A stretch of 64,000 nucleotides of DNA from contig OZ024759.1 in assembly GCA_964016885.1 (NCBI GenBank), forward strand, positions 26,660,001-26,724,000. Reading direction: 5' to 3'. The stretch is from Eledone cirrhosa. Its lineage: Eukaryota. This document shows, one piece after another, positions 18,795 to 36,407 of the stretch. The stretch's first letter is position 1; each line of letters begins with the position of its first letter. The notes beneath the pieces are model-generated. The model was not told the DNA's origin. It ran no database searches and worked only from the letters and a program-made list of their open reading frames with translations. Both the position numbers and the translations under genes were made by a program.

Positions 18795-18835
18795 AAATAT
18801 GGTTTTATAAATATAGTTTCCATTTGTTTAATATC

Positions 18836-18901
<66 letters not shown>

Positions 18902-19021
18902 GTCTATAGATCTTTTTGTATATATATATATATATATATAGTTGTGTATAATGGTAGCTATGGTGCTTCCATAGGCGGTATGCCAAAATTATCACTCAAT
19001 ATTCAACAGAATAGTGTGTGG

Positions 19022-19288
19022 ATAGTATAAAAAAAACGAAAAATTAGTGATGCATCTGGACTCAATTTATTGCGTGTTACAATTGTTTCGCCGGCAGGTA
19101 GCTCGAGACATGGTCCCTGTATGGATCTGGCTGATTCTACGGCTGCAGGATCCTACAGACACGGGTAGTTCGTTCGGAGCAAATGTTATCACATGAGTGA
19201 TAAATACCCGAGCTACCTGCTGGCGAAGCAATTGTAACACGCAATAAATTGAGTCCAGATGCATCACTGATTTTTCGTTTTTTTATAC

Positions 19289-19291
<3 letters not shown>
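19022..19291. repeat. Inverted repeat with ~85-bp arms, probably PLE-derived
   Basis: 19022-19106 vs 19208-19291; arms contain CGAAA-CAATTG-TA-ACACGC-AATAAA (hammerhead 3' half plus polyA signal; GAAG in the right arm). Confidence 0.8.
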
Positions 19292-19339
<48 letters not shown>

Positions 19340-19368
19340 GTATGTATATCTATATATGTATGTATATG

Positions 19369-19407
<39 letters not shown>

Positions 19408-19422
19408 GTTTATATATATGTG

Positions 19423-19476
<54 letters not shown>

Positions 19477-19508
19477 TATATATATATATCTGTTTATATA
19501 TATATGTG

Positions 19509-19560
<52 letters not shown>

Positions 19561-19592
19561 TATATATATATATCTGTTTATATATATATGTG

Positions 19593-19646
<54 letters not shown>

Positions 19647-20032
19647 TATATATATATATCTGTTTATATATATATGTGTATGTATATATATATGTTTATA
19701 TGTGTGTGAGTGTGTCATTAGGAATAATGACTAATTATTAAACATGTATTATATATTATGCAGCAGGATAGCTGATAACTGCAAAAACACCATTAAAACC
19801 ATCATCAACAACGACATCAACGAAAGCTCCATTATTTGTCAAGTACATATAAATTTTACTAACACTAACAACACCATCACCAGCACAGAAACAACGTCAA
19901 CACCAACATCAAACACAATAACACCAACAACAAAAGCAACCGCTTCCAATAGCACGCCCACAGTATTTATAACATTGACGTAAACATAGAAATCAAGAAG
20001 GCGAAACCCCATACAACAGGTAGAATAAGAAG

Positions 20033-20243
20033 ATGAAGAGGAACGTTGATGAGGACGATGATGATGATGAGTACTATAACAGTATGGAGATGAAGGAATT
20101 GTCGCTCGATGAAGAAAAGTTTGAATATATTACTGGAACCACGGAGAAGAATCTGACGTATGGCAATGACAAAAACCTGTCTTTGACATCCATAAATCTG
20201 GAAGGAAGCGACCAGAATCTTCTACCGCTTCCTTATCTATCGG
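20033..20243 (+). CDS. SLC29A: ENT exon 1 (MKRNVDEDDDDDEYY...LPYLS), acidic N-terminal extension
   Basis: ATG preceded by in-frame TAG (20021); donor G|GTAAAC, phase 1, matches exon 2 entry; no family homology in this part. Confidence 0.65.
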
Positions 20244-20308
20244 GTAAACCTATATTTTCTGTTCATGTATCTTCATATACGCACGTGCTTACGTACACAC
20301 ACACACAC

Positions 20309-20311
<3 letters not shown>

Positions 20312-20367
<56 letters not shown>

Positions 20368-20412
20368 TATATATATTTATAAATATATATATATATATTT
20401 ATAAATATATAT

Positions 20413-20445
<33 letters not shown>

Positions 20446-20510
20446 AATATATATAAATATATATATATATAAATATATATAAATATATATATATATAAAT
20501 ATATATAAAT

Positions 20511-20559
<49 letters not shown>

Positions 20560-20568
20560 TATATAAAT

Positions 20569-20602
<34 letters not shown>

Positions 20603-20620
20603 TTATAAATATATATAAAT

Positions 20621-20654
<34 letters not shown>

Positions 20655-20686
20655 TTATACATATATATAAATATAGATATTTATAA

Positions 20687-20720
<34 letters not shown>

Positions 20721-20875
20721 ATAAATATAGATATAAATATATTTATATATATATATATTTATAAATATATATATATAAATATATTTATATATATATATAT
20801 ATTTATAAATATATATATATATATAAATATATATATAAATATATTTATATATATATATATATATATATATAAATA

Positions 20876-20921
<46 letters not shown>

Positions 20922-21202
20922 TATTTATATATATATATATATATATAAATATATTTATATATATATATTTAGAAATATATATATATTTATATATAGTAAT
21001 AATAATAAATTTGAAGACTAAAATCCAAAGAAGGCTCGATAAGGGTGAAAGCAGCGATTCTTTGCTTAAACTTTAATCTGTTATTTTAATAAATATATAT
21101 TTATAAATATATATATATATAAATATATATATATATATTTATATATATATATATATATATATTTATAAATATATATTTATAAATATATATATATATATGT
21201 AA

Positions 21203-21233
<31 letters not shown>

Positions 21234-21518
21234 AATATATAAATATAAATATATATATAAATATATATATATATAAATATATTTATATATAAATATATAA
21301 ATATATTTATATATATATATAAATATATTTTTATATATAAATATATTTATATATATATATATATAAATATATTTATATATATAAATATATTTATATATAT
21401 ATATATAAATATATTTATATACATAAATATATAAATATATATATATATATATATAAATATATTTATATATATATATATAAATATATAAATATATTTATAT
21501 ATATATATAAATATATTT

Positions 21519-21549
<31 letters not shown>

Positions 21550-21608
21550 AATATATTTATATATATATAAATATATTTATATATATATAAATATATTTAT
21601 ATATATAA

Positions 21609-21639
<31 letters not shown>

Positions 21640-21682
21640 AATATATTTATATATATATATATAAATATATTTATATATATAA

Positions 21683-21713
<31 letters not shown>

Positions 21714-21721
21714 AATATATT

Positions 21722-21763
<42 letters not shown>

Positions 21764-22128
21764 TATTTATATATATATATATATATAAATATATTTATAT
21801 ATATATATATATATAAATATATTTATATATATATAAATATATAAATATATTTATATATATATATATAAATATATTTATATATATATATATAAATATATTT
21901 ATATATATATATAAATATATTTATATATATATATATAAATATATTTATATATATATATACATAAATATATATATATATATATATACATAAATATATATAT
22001 ATATAAATATATTTATATATATATATACATAAATATATATATATATATATATACATAAATATATATATATATAAATATATTTATATATATAAATATATTT
22101 ATATATATTTATATATAAATATATTTCT

Positions 22129-22177
<49 letters not shown>
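20312..22177. repeat. (TA)n with TAAA/TTTA variants, interrupted by a ~100-bp repeat at 20996-21095
   Basis: Direct reading; the inserted GATAAGGGTGAAAGCAGCGATTC family recurs at ~13001, ~23145-23405, ~37495-37595, ~39235-39330, ~54988-55058. Confidence 0.85.
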
Positions 22178-22179
<2 letters not shown>

Positions 22180-22255
22180 TTTATCTCGGGTTCAATCGGG
22201 GGTAACCACAGTTAGTAAGGTACTCAGCAGAGTATAAATATTTAATAAAGAAATG

Positions 22256-22620
22256 ACTTCTACAGGACTAGAACCTTTTCATTCGGGAGAAATCATCAGG
22301 CTCTCTTCTCTCTTGATGATTCCTCTCATGATGATTTCTCCCGAATGAAACAGTTCTCGTCCTGTAGAAGCCATTTCTATATATGTGTGTATAAAAGAAA
22401 AAAAAAATATATATATATATGGACACATACATATGTATGTATAGGGTGCCCCAAAATATGTATACACACTTTGATTAACTGTACAGGCAATATTTATTAG
22501 AAGTGTTGAAGTGTGTATACATTTTTGGGACACCCTGTATATATATATCAACTTTAATATAGAAATTGATTCTACAGGAGTAGAAGTGTTTCATTCAAAA
22601 GAAATCATCAGGAAAGCCAT
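22256..22620. repeat. Fold-back hairpin (22257-22370) plus third copy (22570-22618) of a hammerhead-like unit
   Basis: Composite consensus GGCTTTC CTGATGA TTTC-TCCC-GAAT GAAA CAG..CTG TA GAAGCC; each copy is individually mutated; remnant at ~48790-48823. Confidence 0.55.
22442..22537. mobile_element. Tc1/mariner-like MITE (~96 bp)
   Basis: ~30-bp TIR AGGGTGCCCCAAAATATGTATACACACTT / AAGTGTGTATACATTTTTGGGACACCCTG in TA context. Confidence 0.7.
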
Positions 22621-23111
22621 CTAAAACAGTTGTATTTATATGTTTTCTGGTGGTTGGGGGAGGGGGTGATAGTGGTTTTGGGGATGTGTCGAGGTCACTG
22701 GCCAAGGAATTTTAAGCAACAGGGATCCTTTGAAAAAATATTTTTAGATATATAAGCAATAATACAAGGGCACAGATAAACGTAAAGGGGCACATACGCA
22801 TACACATACACACGTACGCTCACAGTCTTATAGGGTTCGTTCTTATATATTATTCCTATTTAAACACGGAACAAAAGCGCTACCTAAGGTTTCAAAGTTC
22901 AACATTGACTATATCTCCGGAGTATAAGAGGGCTCAAAATTGTGACCTATCTTCAGGTGCATATATACATACGTATATATTATTTCATCCTATTACGGTA
23001 TCTTCTGCAACTAAATTTCAGAAGTTCGTAATAGGGTGATGGCGGCGGTTCTTTGTTTAAACTTCAATCTGTACTAATAATAAATATTTGCTCTACATGT
23101 TTATAAGTACT

Positions 23112-23143
<32 letters not shown>

Positions 23144-23757
23144 TAATAATAATAAATGAGAAGACTGAAATCTGGAGAGGGCACGATAAGGATAATATAT
23201 TTAAAAAATATATAAAACCGTAGAGCAAATATTTATTAAAATAACAGATTAAAGTTTAAACAAAGAATCGCTGCTTTCACCCTTCAGAAGATTCCGTTAA
23301 GGGTGAAAGCAGTGATTCTTTGCTTAAACTTTAATCTGTTATTTTAATATATATATATATATATTTATACAATCCTTATCGAGGCCTCTTCGGATTTTGG
23401 TCTTTATATATATATATATATATATATATAATTCTTTTTAAGCAATATTTAAGATGTCTGTTAACTTCAGGTGTCAACAAACATACAAAAGTTATATAAA
23501 ATTTGTCATTTTATTTAGTGAACTTAATAGAAATATGTCTAAAACCATTTTTTTTATTCATTGTGTCACCAGATAATCAGAAGATATTTAGATATTGGTA
23601 ATCGATAGATTTTTTATCTTATTTTTACTACTACTACTACTGCTGCTACTTCTACTAATACTAATAATAATAATAATAATATTACCATTATAATTTACTT
23701 TTCACTCTTGTATTTAAATGTGTATGTGAGGATAAGAAAAAAAATATATATATATAT

Positions 23758-23950
23758 AAAGATTCAGGACTCCGACGGTTGAACTCCGGCCGTTTCGACA
23801 GCTAGATCCGAACTGTTTGGATCTAGCTGTCTCAAAACAGCCGCAGCTCAGCCGTCGAAGTTCTGAATCTTTTAATATTACCCATTCTACTACCCCAAGT
23901 ATCGAGTACTCTGGTGGGTTATGGTCTACCTGGGTGTTTTACCACACCCT
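23758..23950. mobile_element. Hairpin-headed short repeat family in (TA)n, copy 1
   Basis: ~115-bp fold-back followed by shared tail ATTACCCA.TCTACTACCC.AAGTATCGAGTACTCTGGTG. Confidence 0.7.
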
Positions 23951-23964
23951 ATTTGATATATAGT

Positions 23965-24003
<39 letters not shown>

Positions 24004-24012
24004 ATATATATT

Positions 24013-24099
<87 letters not shown>

Positions 24100-24246
24100 T
24101 TATATATATATTTATATATATATATATCTATATTTATATATATACATATATTTATATATATATTTATATATATATATATATCTATATATATATTTATATA
24201 TATTTATATATATATATATTTATATATATATATATATATATATGTA

Positions 24247-24338
<92 letters not shown>

Positions 24339-24502
24339 TATATATATATATTTATATATATATATTTATATATATATATATTTATATATATATATTTATA
24401 TATATATATTTATATATATATATATTTATATATATATATTTATATATATATATTTATATATATATATATATTTATTTATATATATTTATATATATATATA
24501 TA

Positions 24503-24567
<65 letters not shown>

Positions 24568-24944
24568 GTAGATAAATCTACCAAGAGTTTACGGTAGTGT
24601 CCAATCCGTATGAAGAACTCAATGTATTCCGGATATCATGGAAAGAAGAGATGTAATGAAAAATCACTTTCGGTGAAAGATAAACGGTATACAGAGTCAA
24701 GATAAAATATTAAACAAATAATGAATAAACAATTCCTTATATTAAACAAAAAGAAGACGGCGTATATATGTGTTGGTATGTATATTTAATCTTGATAATT
24801 TGTATAATTTTGTATAATTTTGTACATAGATCTGTTGAATATGCATACCAATTCTAACACATATATATCCTAGAAACGATCGTTAAATAATGAACTTTTT
24901 TTTGTTTAATATAAGGAATTGTTTATTCATTATTTGTTTAATAT

Positions 24945-28591
<3,647 letters not shown>

Positions 28592-29195
28592 AATGGCTCA
28601 TTATATCCACACTTGTCTTCGTCCTGTAAAAAATATTCTTTACGCTTCTTCTTCTTACTCTCATCTTTATTTCTATTTCTCTTTCTATCGTTAACGTGCT
28701 TTAAATTAATATATATGATCATTGTAATGTATTGTTCTCCAATGTTGTTTTAACTTGTTAACGTTTAACATACACACATATTTATATATAATATATAAAT
28801 ATATGTATATGTGTATGTATGTATGTATATATATAAATATATATGTGTATGTATTCATATATATGTATATATATATAAATATATATGTATTTATTCATAT
28901 ATATATATATGTGTGTGTGTATATGTATGTATTCATATATATATATATATATAAAGGCGAAGGCAACATGTAGTTATTCATAATTCATTTCATTCAGAAT
29001 CTGTCGTGATACATATTTCTGTGCTGTTCATGATTACTTAAAACGCTGTCTGAGGAAATCGTATCAGTGGTTTCGTAATACTGCATTACGTAATAATGAA
29101 TTCCACAGAAATATATTTGTGTATGTATTTATGTGTTGGAGAGAGAGGGGGGGGTCAGAGAGTGGTGCATCTGCAGGAGTTTATTCTATTCGTAG

Positions 29196-29355
29196 GTAAT
29201 GGTTTGACTTTGAAAAACATGGATGCAGTAGAAGGTTCACTGGTGGGGAGCCTTCGTAAAACCAGGGAAGAAAAGATAGCCAGTTTACAAAGTACACCTC
29301 TGAGGATACAAAACAAAACCAGGAGGCCTTTCTCAGAAATATACGCAGTTGACAG
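29196..29355 (+). CDS. SLC29A: ENT exon 2 (GNGLTLKNMDAV...EIYAVDR)
   Basis: Acceptor ttattctattcgtag|, donor AG|gtaaat; ends in the DR that precedes TM1 in ENTs. Confidence 0.8.
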
Positions 29356-29949
29356 GTAAATTTTGCTTTTATGATCTAGCCAGCCATAACTGATATTTAT
29401 ATTGTACATACACACTGGCGCGATAATATGACATGTCTGTCCTGTTGAATCAGACGTATGGCCATCATGTGACTGGTTGACTTGTCGTTATATTGTTCTT
29501 ATGCTATGCTGTCGTAGTGACAAAATTGATAAACCGCCGTACACAATACCTTGAGGTGTCCCAATACAATCTTTTTACATTTTTAATTCACTGAGAGTGG
29601 AATGTGGGAAGACTACCTTTCTTTTCATAAAATAAGAACCAGTAATATGCTGTGTGAATAGTGGAGTCGCGTGGCCTAGTGGTAAGGTTGTGAGTTTTGA
29701 GACCGGTGAGATGGCACGAAGTGATCTTGAACCAAAATTTCATCAGGGTGAAGCAAATGTATCTCTTTTCTGTGGAGGTAATAATCCGTATGTAATCAAC
29801 TTCCATTTATTAATCCTCGGATATTTTGTGTGGTTGCTTCATGCATTTTTACCATGAGTCTCTTTTATATATATCCAAGCTATATTAGAATATTCTGTGG
29901 GTTTTAATTATTATCAATTTAAAAGTAGTACGTCTTCATTTTAAATCTG

Positions 29950-30215
29950 ACTAGTGGCAAGAGTGTTGGATTTACCATCATAATGTCGTGGGTTCGATTC
30001 CTGGGCTGAGTTGCGTGTTGTGTTCTTGAGCAAAACACTTCGTTTCACGTTGTTCCAGTATACACAGCTGGAAACCAGTACCAGTAATAGCTGGGGGTTT
30101 AACCCTGTGATGGTCTGGCGTCCTGTCCAGGAAGGTGTCTTGTACTCTCAGTCGCTTCACGCCACGGAAACCAAGATAAGAACCGTCCTAACAAGCCTTC
30201 TGACTTAAGACAGAC
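29950..30215 (+). mobile_element. tRNA-derived SINE family C (CORE-like)
   Basis: GGTTCGATTCC box B then TGTGTTCTTGAGCAAAACACTT; relatives at ~15099-15210, ~33310-33415(-), ~55893-56010, ~56205-56290(-). Confidence 0.65.
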
Positions 30216-30490
30216 TTTAGATTTAGACTAAATACCAGTAATATACTGAATTGATTTTTACTCGATTACGACTATCTCGACTGTAGAAATGTGTGATGTT
30301 AGGTTTACGATGATCCAATCATCAATTTTATATAAGTTTTGAGAATATTCATATAACACATTGGCGTTAAACTAAAATAATGGTTATAGATATTCTATAC
30401 TCGCATATATTTGGTTACACTATATAATATACACATATATATATATACATATATACATATATACACACATTTATATATATATATACACAC

Positions 30491-30557
<67 letters not shown>

Positions 30558-30620
30558 TACATTTAAATATATATACATATATATATACACACATTTAAAT
30601 ATATATATATATATACACAC

Positions 30621-30657
<37 letters not shown>

Positions 30658-30682
30658 CACACACATATATAAATATATATAT

Positions 30683-30728
<46 letters not shown>

Positions 30729-30883
30729 CTTTGTTAGAAATGCCAATATCTTGTTAAAAATAATTATTTCAAGTTTATTATTAATACTTTATTTATTTAT
30801 TCATTTATTTATTAATATTTTCGATTTATTCATTCAATTAATTAATTATATTTTTATTTATTTAATTAATTATTTATTTATAG

Positions 30884-30965
30884 ATGTAAAATAGTTTGTT
30901 TTTTCCTGATGACTCTCGGGGTTTGTTCAGCTTTACCTTACAATTTACTGGTAATAACTGATACG
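30884..30965 (+). CDS. SLC29A: ENT exon 3, TM1 (CKIVCFFLMTLGVCSALPYNLLVITDT)
   Basis: tttatag| ... |gtaagt; aligns by eye with human ENT1 YKAVWLIFFMLGLGTLLPWNFFMTATQ. Confidence 0.92.
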
Positions 30966-31154
30966 GTAAGTTCATAGATAATTATAATTATATATGTTTT
31001 ATAATTATTTACAGTTTCATAGGCGTTCGTTTCGCAATGGAGGGGGTTTACAGGATTAGTCCCACAGCGTGTTACCATTTGACAGATTGTTACACGTGTT
31101 GATCAACGCCTTCTGGTTGAATATTTGAATATTCGAAGACGAAAACTCCATCGA

Positions 31155-31191
<37 letters not shown>

Positions 31192-31194
<3 letters not shown>

Positions 31195-31367
31195 AAAAGA
31201 GTCAGGACCCCGAAGGCTGAACTTCGACCGTTTCGGATCTAGCTGTCGAAACGGCCGGAGCTCAGCCATCGGGGTCCTGACTCTTTTCTTATTACCCACT
31301 CTACTACCCTAAGTATCGAGTAGTCTGGTGCGTTATGGTCCACTTGGTATCTTACCACACCTTCTTT
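31192..31367. mobile_element. Hairpin-headed short repeat family, copy 2
   Basis: GAAAAGAGTCAGGACCCCGA...TCGGGGTCCTGACTCTTTTC plus the same tail, (TA)n on both sides. Confidence 0.7.
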
Positions 31368-31538
31368 AAGCCATATATATATATATATATATATGGTTTA
31401 AATTAGCCAGATAATGGGGTTTAAAACCCTCTAAATGGAAAAGGAGTCAATGCTCATCCTTTTCCATTTACACGGCCTTAAAACCCACTAATTTTCTTTA
31501 GTCAAAATACGGCGAAAGCTTCTATTTCTAACTCAATT

Positions 31539-31785
31539 GAATAATGTTCTATTGCAGTATTTGATGGTTTTTTAGCAGTCCACATTAATGCTACAGCCGT
31601 CCAAGTGATGATAACAGGTTCCGACCTTACGAACCGACTCCAGTGCATTACTGGTACTTTAATAATACTAGAATAATGTTCCATTGCAGTATTTCGATGA
31701 CGTTTTAAAATCCACGGCATCCAAGATTATGATTACACGTTCCGACCCTATGAACCGATCCCAGTGCATTACTGGTACATTAATT
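31539..31785 (+). pseudogene. Two tandem degenerate copies of ENT exon-4 acceptor plus 5' half (pseudoexons)
   Basis: attgcag|TATTTGATGGTTTTTTAGCAGTCCACATTAATGCTACAGCC (31558) and attgcag|TATTTCGATGAC (31690) align to exon 4; each ends in a reverse SINE fragment. Confidence 0.75.
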
Positions 31786-32291
31786 AATAATAATAATATA
31801 ATAAAGGGAGGAGTGCGAGACTGCGTCCTGAATATATTTTTTTATCCCGTTTGTAAAATAAGTTGGATTACTTTGAATAAATAATGAATGAATATTACTT
31901 AATTTATGTACTAAATTTCGTAACTCTTGATTGAATATAAATAATTTTATTGCTTATTTCAAGATTCACTTCTTTAAAATGTTCAAATGTCAACACTTCC
32001 GGTTAGCGTCCATTATATTACATCGCTTATATAAACGTTCCTATATTTGCATCGTTATATAAGGTTTATATTTCTGTCGCTAATTTTCTCTTAATGTAGT
32101 TTATATATAATATCGTCTTTTTTAAATGTATCATGGATAACTTTACTGATTACATAAGAGAGTGTAACGCAGTGTCTCTTCAATTTTTGAGCATATTCTC
32201 AATTACGATTTTATTTGACGCATCATATCTAAATGCATGTATATTTGCCGAAGGATGGTTTTTCTGCTAGAGTTATATTGTTTTATTTCAG

Positions 32292-32455
32292 TATTTTGAC
32301 GATTTCTTGGAAGCCCATGTTAATGCCACAGCCTCCCAGATGATGATAATCAAAAGGTTCCGACCCTATCTTATTGTAACTTCGAAAATACCAGTAATGT
32401 TCATGGTATGTTTTAATACCTGTTTCACAAATGGTTGCTGTTCAGGACTAGGGAG
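32292..32455 (+). CDS. SLC29A: ENT exon 4, loop and TM2 (YFDDFLEAHVNATAS...GCCSGLG)
   Basis: tttcag| ... |gtaagc; YF after TM1 and NAT glycosylation sequon in first loop. Confidence 0.9.
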
Positions 32456-32590
32456 GTAAGCTAAACATAATCATTAAAGCAGTGAATTATTGAAATGCTA
32501 AGTAGTTCTAACATTTATAGAAAATATCGGAAGCTCAGACACAGAAAATAACTGTAAACACAGTCGATTGTTATATAGGGAGGGTGGAAA

Positions 32591-32785
32591 CAGACCTGTC
32601 AACTCTCCCCATCCGACGGAAATATCTCCCATCCACTTTGGGGTGGGTGAGAGATGTCTTCTCTTGTAAAAATGGGTATAGCTTTCATTATATAAAATCA
32701 CCCCATTTTGCCTCATTTCTTCCCATTTTGGGGCACTTTTTATCATGGTACTCCCTGTTTGGGTTTTTAGAGGTTGGCAGGTCTA
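32591..32785. mobile_element. hAT-like MITE
   Basis: TIR CAGACCTGTCAAC / GTTGGCAGGTCTA flanked by GTGGAAA duplication. Confidence 0.65.
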
Positions 32786-33593
32786 GTGGAAAGAAATTCC
32801 CTATTTAAAATTGTTAATAAATTAATTTATTAATTATTGGTCGATTTTCATAAAAAGTTTTCTTTTGAACAGTATAATGATAGAAGTACAGTACAGTGTT
32901 AAAATACTACATAAGCATCAGTGTTGTCCACTAGTGTTTTGTTGTTTTCTGGGTATATCCTCGACTGACTTCATCAGGATCTCAGGTGGTATGTTGGTCA
33001 GTACCGGATGAATGTGTTCCTCCCATTGAGTTAGTATTTTTGGTTGTGAGCTATACACTTCTTCCTTCACCCACCTCCACAGGAAAACATGGCTTGGCGT
33101 TAAGTCAGAGCATCTTGTTGGCCAGTTATGTAGATCTCGACAACCTAACCAATGTTCTGGAAATTGGACATCAGGCCACTCACGGATAGTGTGTGCAATA
33201 TATGGAGGTGCCCCATCTTATATGAATATGAGATCGTTCATGTAGTTTCAAATTATTTCAGTAGACCAAAAGTTATTAGAAATTTTCAATAGGATGTATC
33301 TTTCCATCCATCCAGTAAAGTGTATTGCTCAAAGGCGCAACGTATCGCCCGGTCCACAATTCAAACTCTAAATCTTATGATTGTAAATCAACCTCTCTAA
33401 CCACTTGGCCACACACCTTCAGAAAATAGCCCTATGATCAGAAAAAAGAGACTGTCGATTTGTTCCCCGCGATAGAGGGCATTTTACCCGTTTTTCTCAG
33501 CTATTATTTATAGCAATCGGCTGTGTTTACAGTTAGTTTCTACATCTGAGATTCCTGCGCTTTCCATGATATCCATAATCATTAACATTGTTA

Positions 33594-33795
33594 CAGATTT
33601 TATGGACAAAACCAACCGGCAGGAAACCCAAGGGTAGACCCAAGCAAGATTGTTGGATAACATCCATGAGCTTGGCTAGTCACGCTTGGGGACCAGCGGG
33701 ATCAGTTAGAGACGGTTGCTTCTGACAGGACCTGTTGGAAGGAGTGTTTGAAGACTCTGCCCGACGACTCTCTCAGGAATAAGTGGACGAAGAAG
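33594..33795 (+). mobile_element. RTE-like LINE 3' fragment (family A)
   Basis: TTGGATAACATCCATGAG...TCTGACAGGACC..TGGAAGGAGTGTTTG shared with other copies. Confidence 0.75.
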
Positions 33796-33913
33796 ATGAA
33801 GAACAAGAAAAGAAGATTAACATTGTTATTACTTAAGAAATACTTATTTAATGAAACCTTTCCAATGTGGATTTATATTGTCTTTAAAACTTTTTTTTTC
33901 TTGCATTTGGTAG

Positions 33914-34008
33914 AACAATCACCTTGAGGCGACTGATTACCACAATAGTTCTAATGATAATTGTTTCTCTTATGCTGCTGGTTTTTGCACTAAATATTGT
34001 GGAAGAAT
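33914..34008 (+). CDS. SLC29A: ENT exon 5, TM3 (TITLRRLITTIVLMIIVSLMLLVFALNIVEE)
   Basis: tggtag| ... |gtaagt; phases 2/1 fit. Confidence 0.9.
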
Positions 34009-34449
34009 GTAAGTACCAAGAATTGTATCCAGTCCATTGTTTTGTTTGTTTGTTGTTTACCTTTTAGTCCGAGAGGAAAATGTGTTAGCATTGACAAATC
34101 GTATTTGGAAGGCTTTTAAGAATGATGGTAGGAAAGGAAGAAACTATCTTTAAGCCTAACCCATTGTCGGAAAGCTTGCAACAAAGGGAAGCCCCGGGGT
34201 GGATAATGGTTGTACTCATAACTCTTTATTTTTCAGGGTCTTTTAGTGAGGGTGGAGAAAGGGGTATGAATCTTGAGCAAATATTTGCAACAGCTAAAGA
34301 CACACACAGACTAGGTGTTGATGTTAAACCGAAGCATAGTTTAAGCATATCACCCTTTCTTTGAATTATTTAAAGCTCTTGAAGAACATCAAATATTTGT
34401 ATGTTCGAATCTAAAAGTTTCTGGAGAGGAGTGGGCTGCACCAAGCTTA

Positions 34450-34480
<31 letters not shown>

Positions 34481-34654
34481 AATATATATACATATATATA
34501 TATATATATAAATATATATATATATAAATATATATATATAATGTGTGTGTGTATAATTCGTTTTTGAATTTGTTTTGTGAGATTTCTTATCTGAAAACGT
34601 GTGTTGAAACAGATATTGTTATACTTTATTGATAGCATGACCCTCCCAAAGTAT

Positions 34655-34705
<51 letters not shown>

Positions 34706-34734
34706 ATAAACATATTTTCCTCTTTTATTTTCAG

Positions 34735-34785
34735 GGATGTATATATTTGCATGGCTGTGCCTGATATTTGTCATATTTCTAAATG
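34735..34785 (+). CDS. SLC29A: ENT exon 6 (WMYIFAWLCLIFVIFLN)
   Basis: ttttcag| ... |gtaagt; phases 1/1 fit. Confidence 0.88.
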
Positions 34786-34962
34786 GTAAGTAGATTAACT
34801 TGAAATACTTTTTATATATGAGGAATTTAAAGTTAACTAATTTTAACAAACATAATACCATTAGCTCACAACATGTCAACCAAGACACATAGATGTGTTA
34901 ACATCTGACGATGACACACCGGTGCCATTTGCTGTTGTAACAATTGTTATCACAATTTTTGA

Positions 34963-35524
34963 TTTCAAATCCCATCGAGGTTAGTTTTGCCTTTCATCCT
35001 TACGAGGTCGATAGAATAAAGTACCAGTAATGCACTGGGACAATTTAATCGACGTTCCCTTCCCCTTCAAATTGCTGGCTTTGTGCCTAAGTAGAAACAA
35101 TTATTATTATTATTGTTGGCAGTAATCGGTAGATCATCGGACAACATGCTTTGGAGCGTATAGTTACTGCACTTTACGTTCCTGGCAAGGTTAGCTTTGC
35201 CTTTCATCCTTACAGAGTTGATAAAATAAAGCACCAGTAATGCACTGGGGTGGATTCAATTAACTTTGTCCTCCCCATCAAATTGCTGGCCTTGTGCCTA
35301 AAATAGAAACAATTATTATTATTATTATTATTATTGTGGATTGGCAGTATCTATAGAGGATCAGAAGCCCTGCCTTGCAGCATAGAGTTACGGCCCTTTA
35401 TGATTTGAGTTCAAATCCCGCCGAGGTTAACTTTGCCTTTCATCCTTACGGGGTCGATAAAATAAAGTACCAGTAATGCACTGGGTAATTGCTGGCCTTG
35501 TGCCTAACGTAGAAACAATTATTG
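34963..35524 (+). mobile_element. Three tandem SINE family A copies
   Basis: Repeated central domain and (ATT)n tails, head-to-tail. Confidence 0.85.
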
Positions 35525-35838
35525 TGGATCCTTATACCAGATTCCATCTAACTGAAATGTAAACTATGTCTACAGTGTTGTCATTGCTGCCTGTTGGCAA
35601 GACATTCTGGTCATAGCCCTTCGTGAGTTTGTAACATTTCATTTAGTCTTGATGTCATTATCAGGTTAAACAACAAATTGATTGTACTGTGTCAATTTAG
35701 TAGAGGAAAGTCATCTTTTTCATACATAGCCGCTAGCATGATGTGTGTGTATGTGTGTTTGTAAGTGTGTGTGAGTGTACATGTGAGTTTGTTTGTGTGT
35801 CTGTCAGTAGTGTGTATCATTGTATGTGCGTTTGTATA

Positions 35839-35888
<50 letters not shown>

Positions 35889-35919
35889 TTCTTTGTATAT
35901 CTATCTATCTATCTATTTA

Positions 35920-36083
35920 TATATATATATTTGCTTGTATATATATATTTGCTTGTATATATATATATATATATTTGCTTGTATATATATATATATATAT
36001 TTGCTTGTATATATATATATATATATATTTGCTTGTATATATATATATATATATTTGCTTGTATATATATATATATATTTGCT

Positions 36084-36117
<34 letters not shown>

Positions 36118-36373
36118 CTTGTATATATATATATATATATATATATATTTGCTTGTATATATATATATATTTGCTTGTATATATATATATATTTGCTTGT
36201 ATATATATATATATATTTGCTTGTATATATATATATATATTTGCTTGTATATATATATATATATATTTGCTTGTATATATATATATATATATTTGCTTGT
36301 ATATATATATATATATATTTGCTTGTATATATATATATTTGCTTGTATATATATATATATATATATATTTGCT

Positions 36374-36407
<34 letters not shown>

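Noticed and set aside
19744-19983. Thr-rich 79-aa ORF as ENT N-terminus or mucin-like gene
   Set aside because: Different frame, ends in TAA before the ENT ATG, low-complexity ACA-rich sequence; at most a uORF
20996-21095. GATAAGGGTGAAAGCAGCG repeat family as a hammerhead
   Set aside because: Core is variable between copies (CCGAAGA/CAGAAGA/CTGAATA) and no UH cleavage site follows; kept only as a repeat
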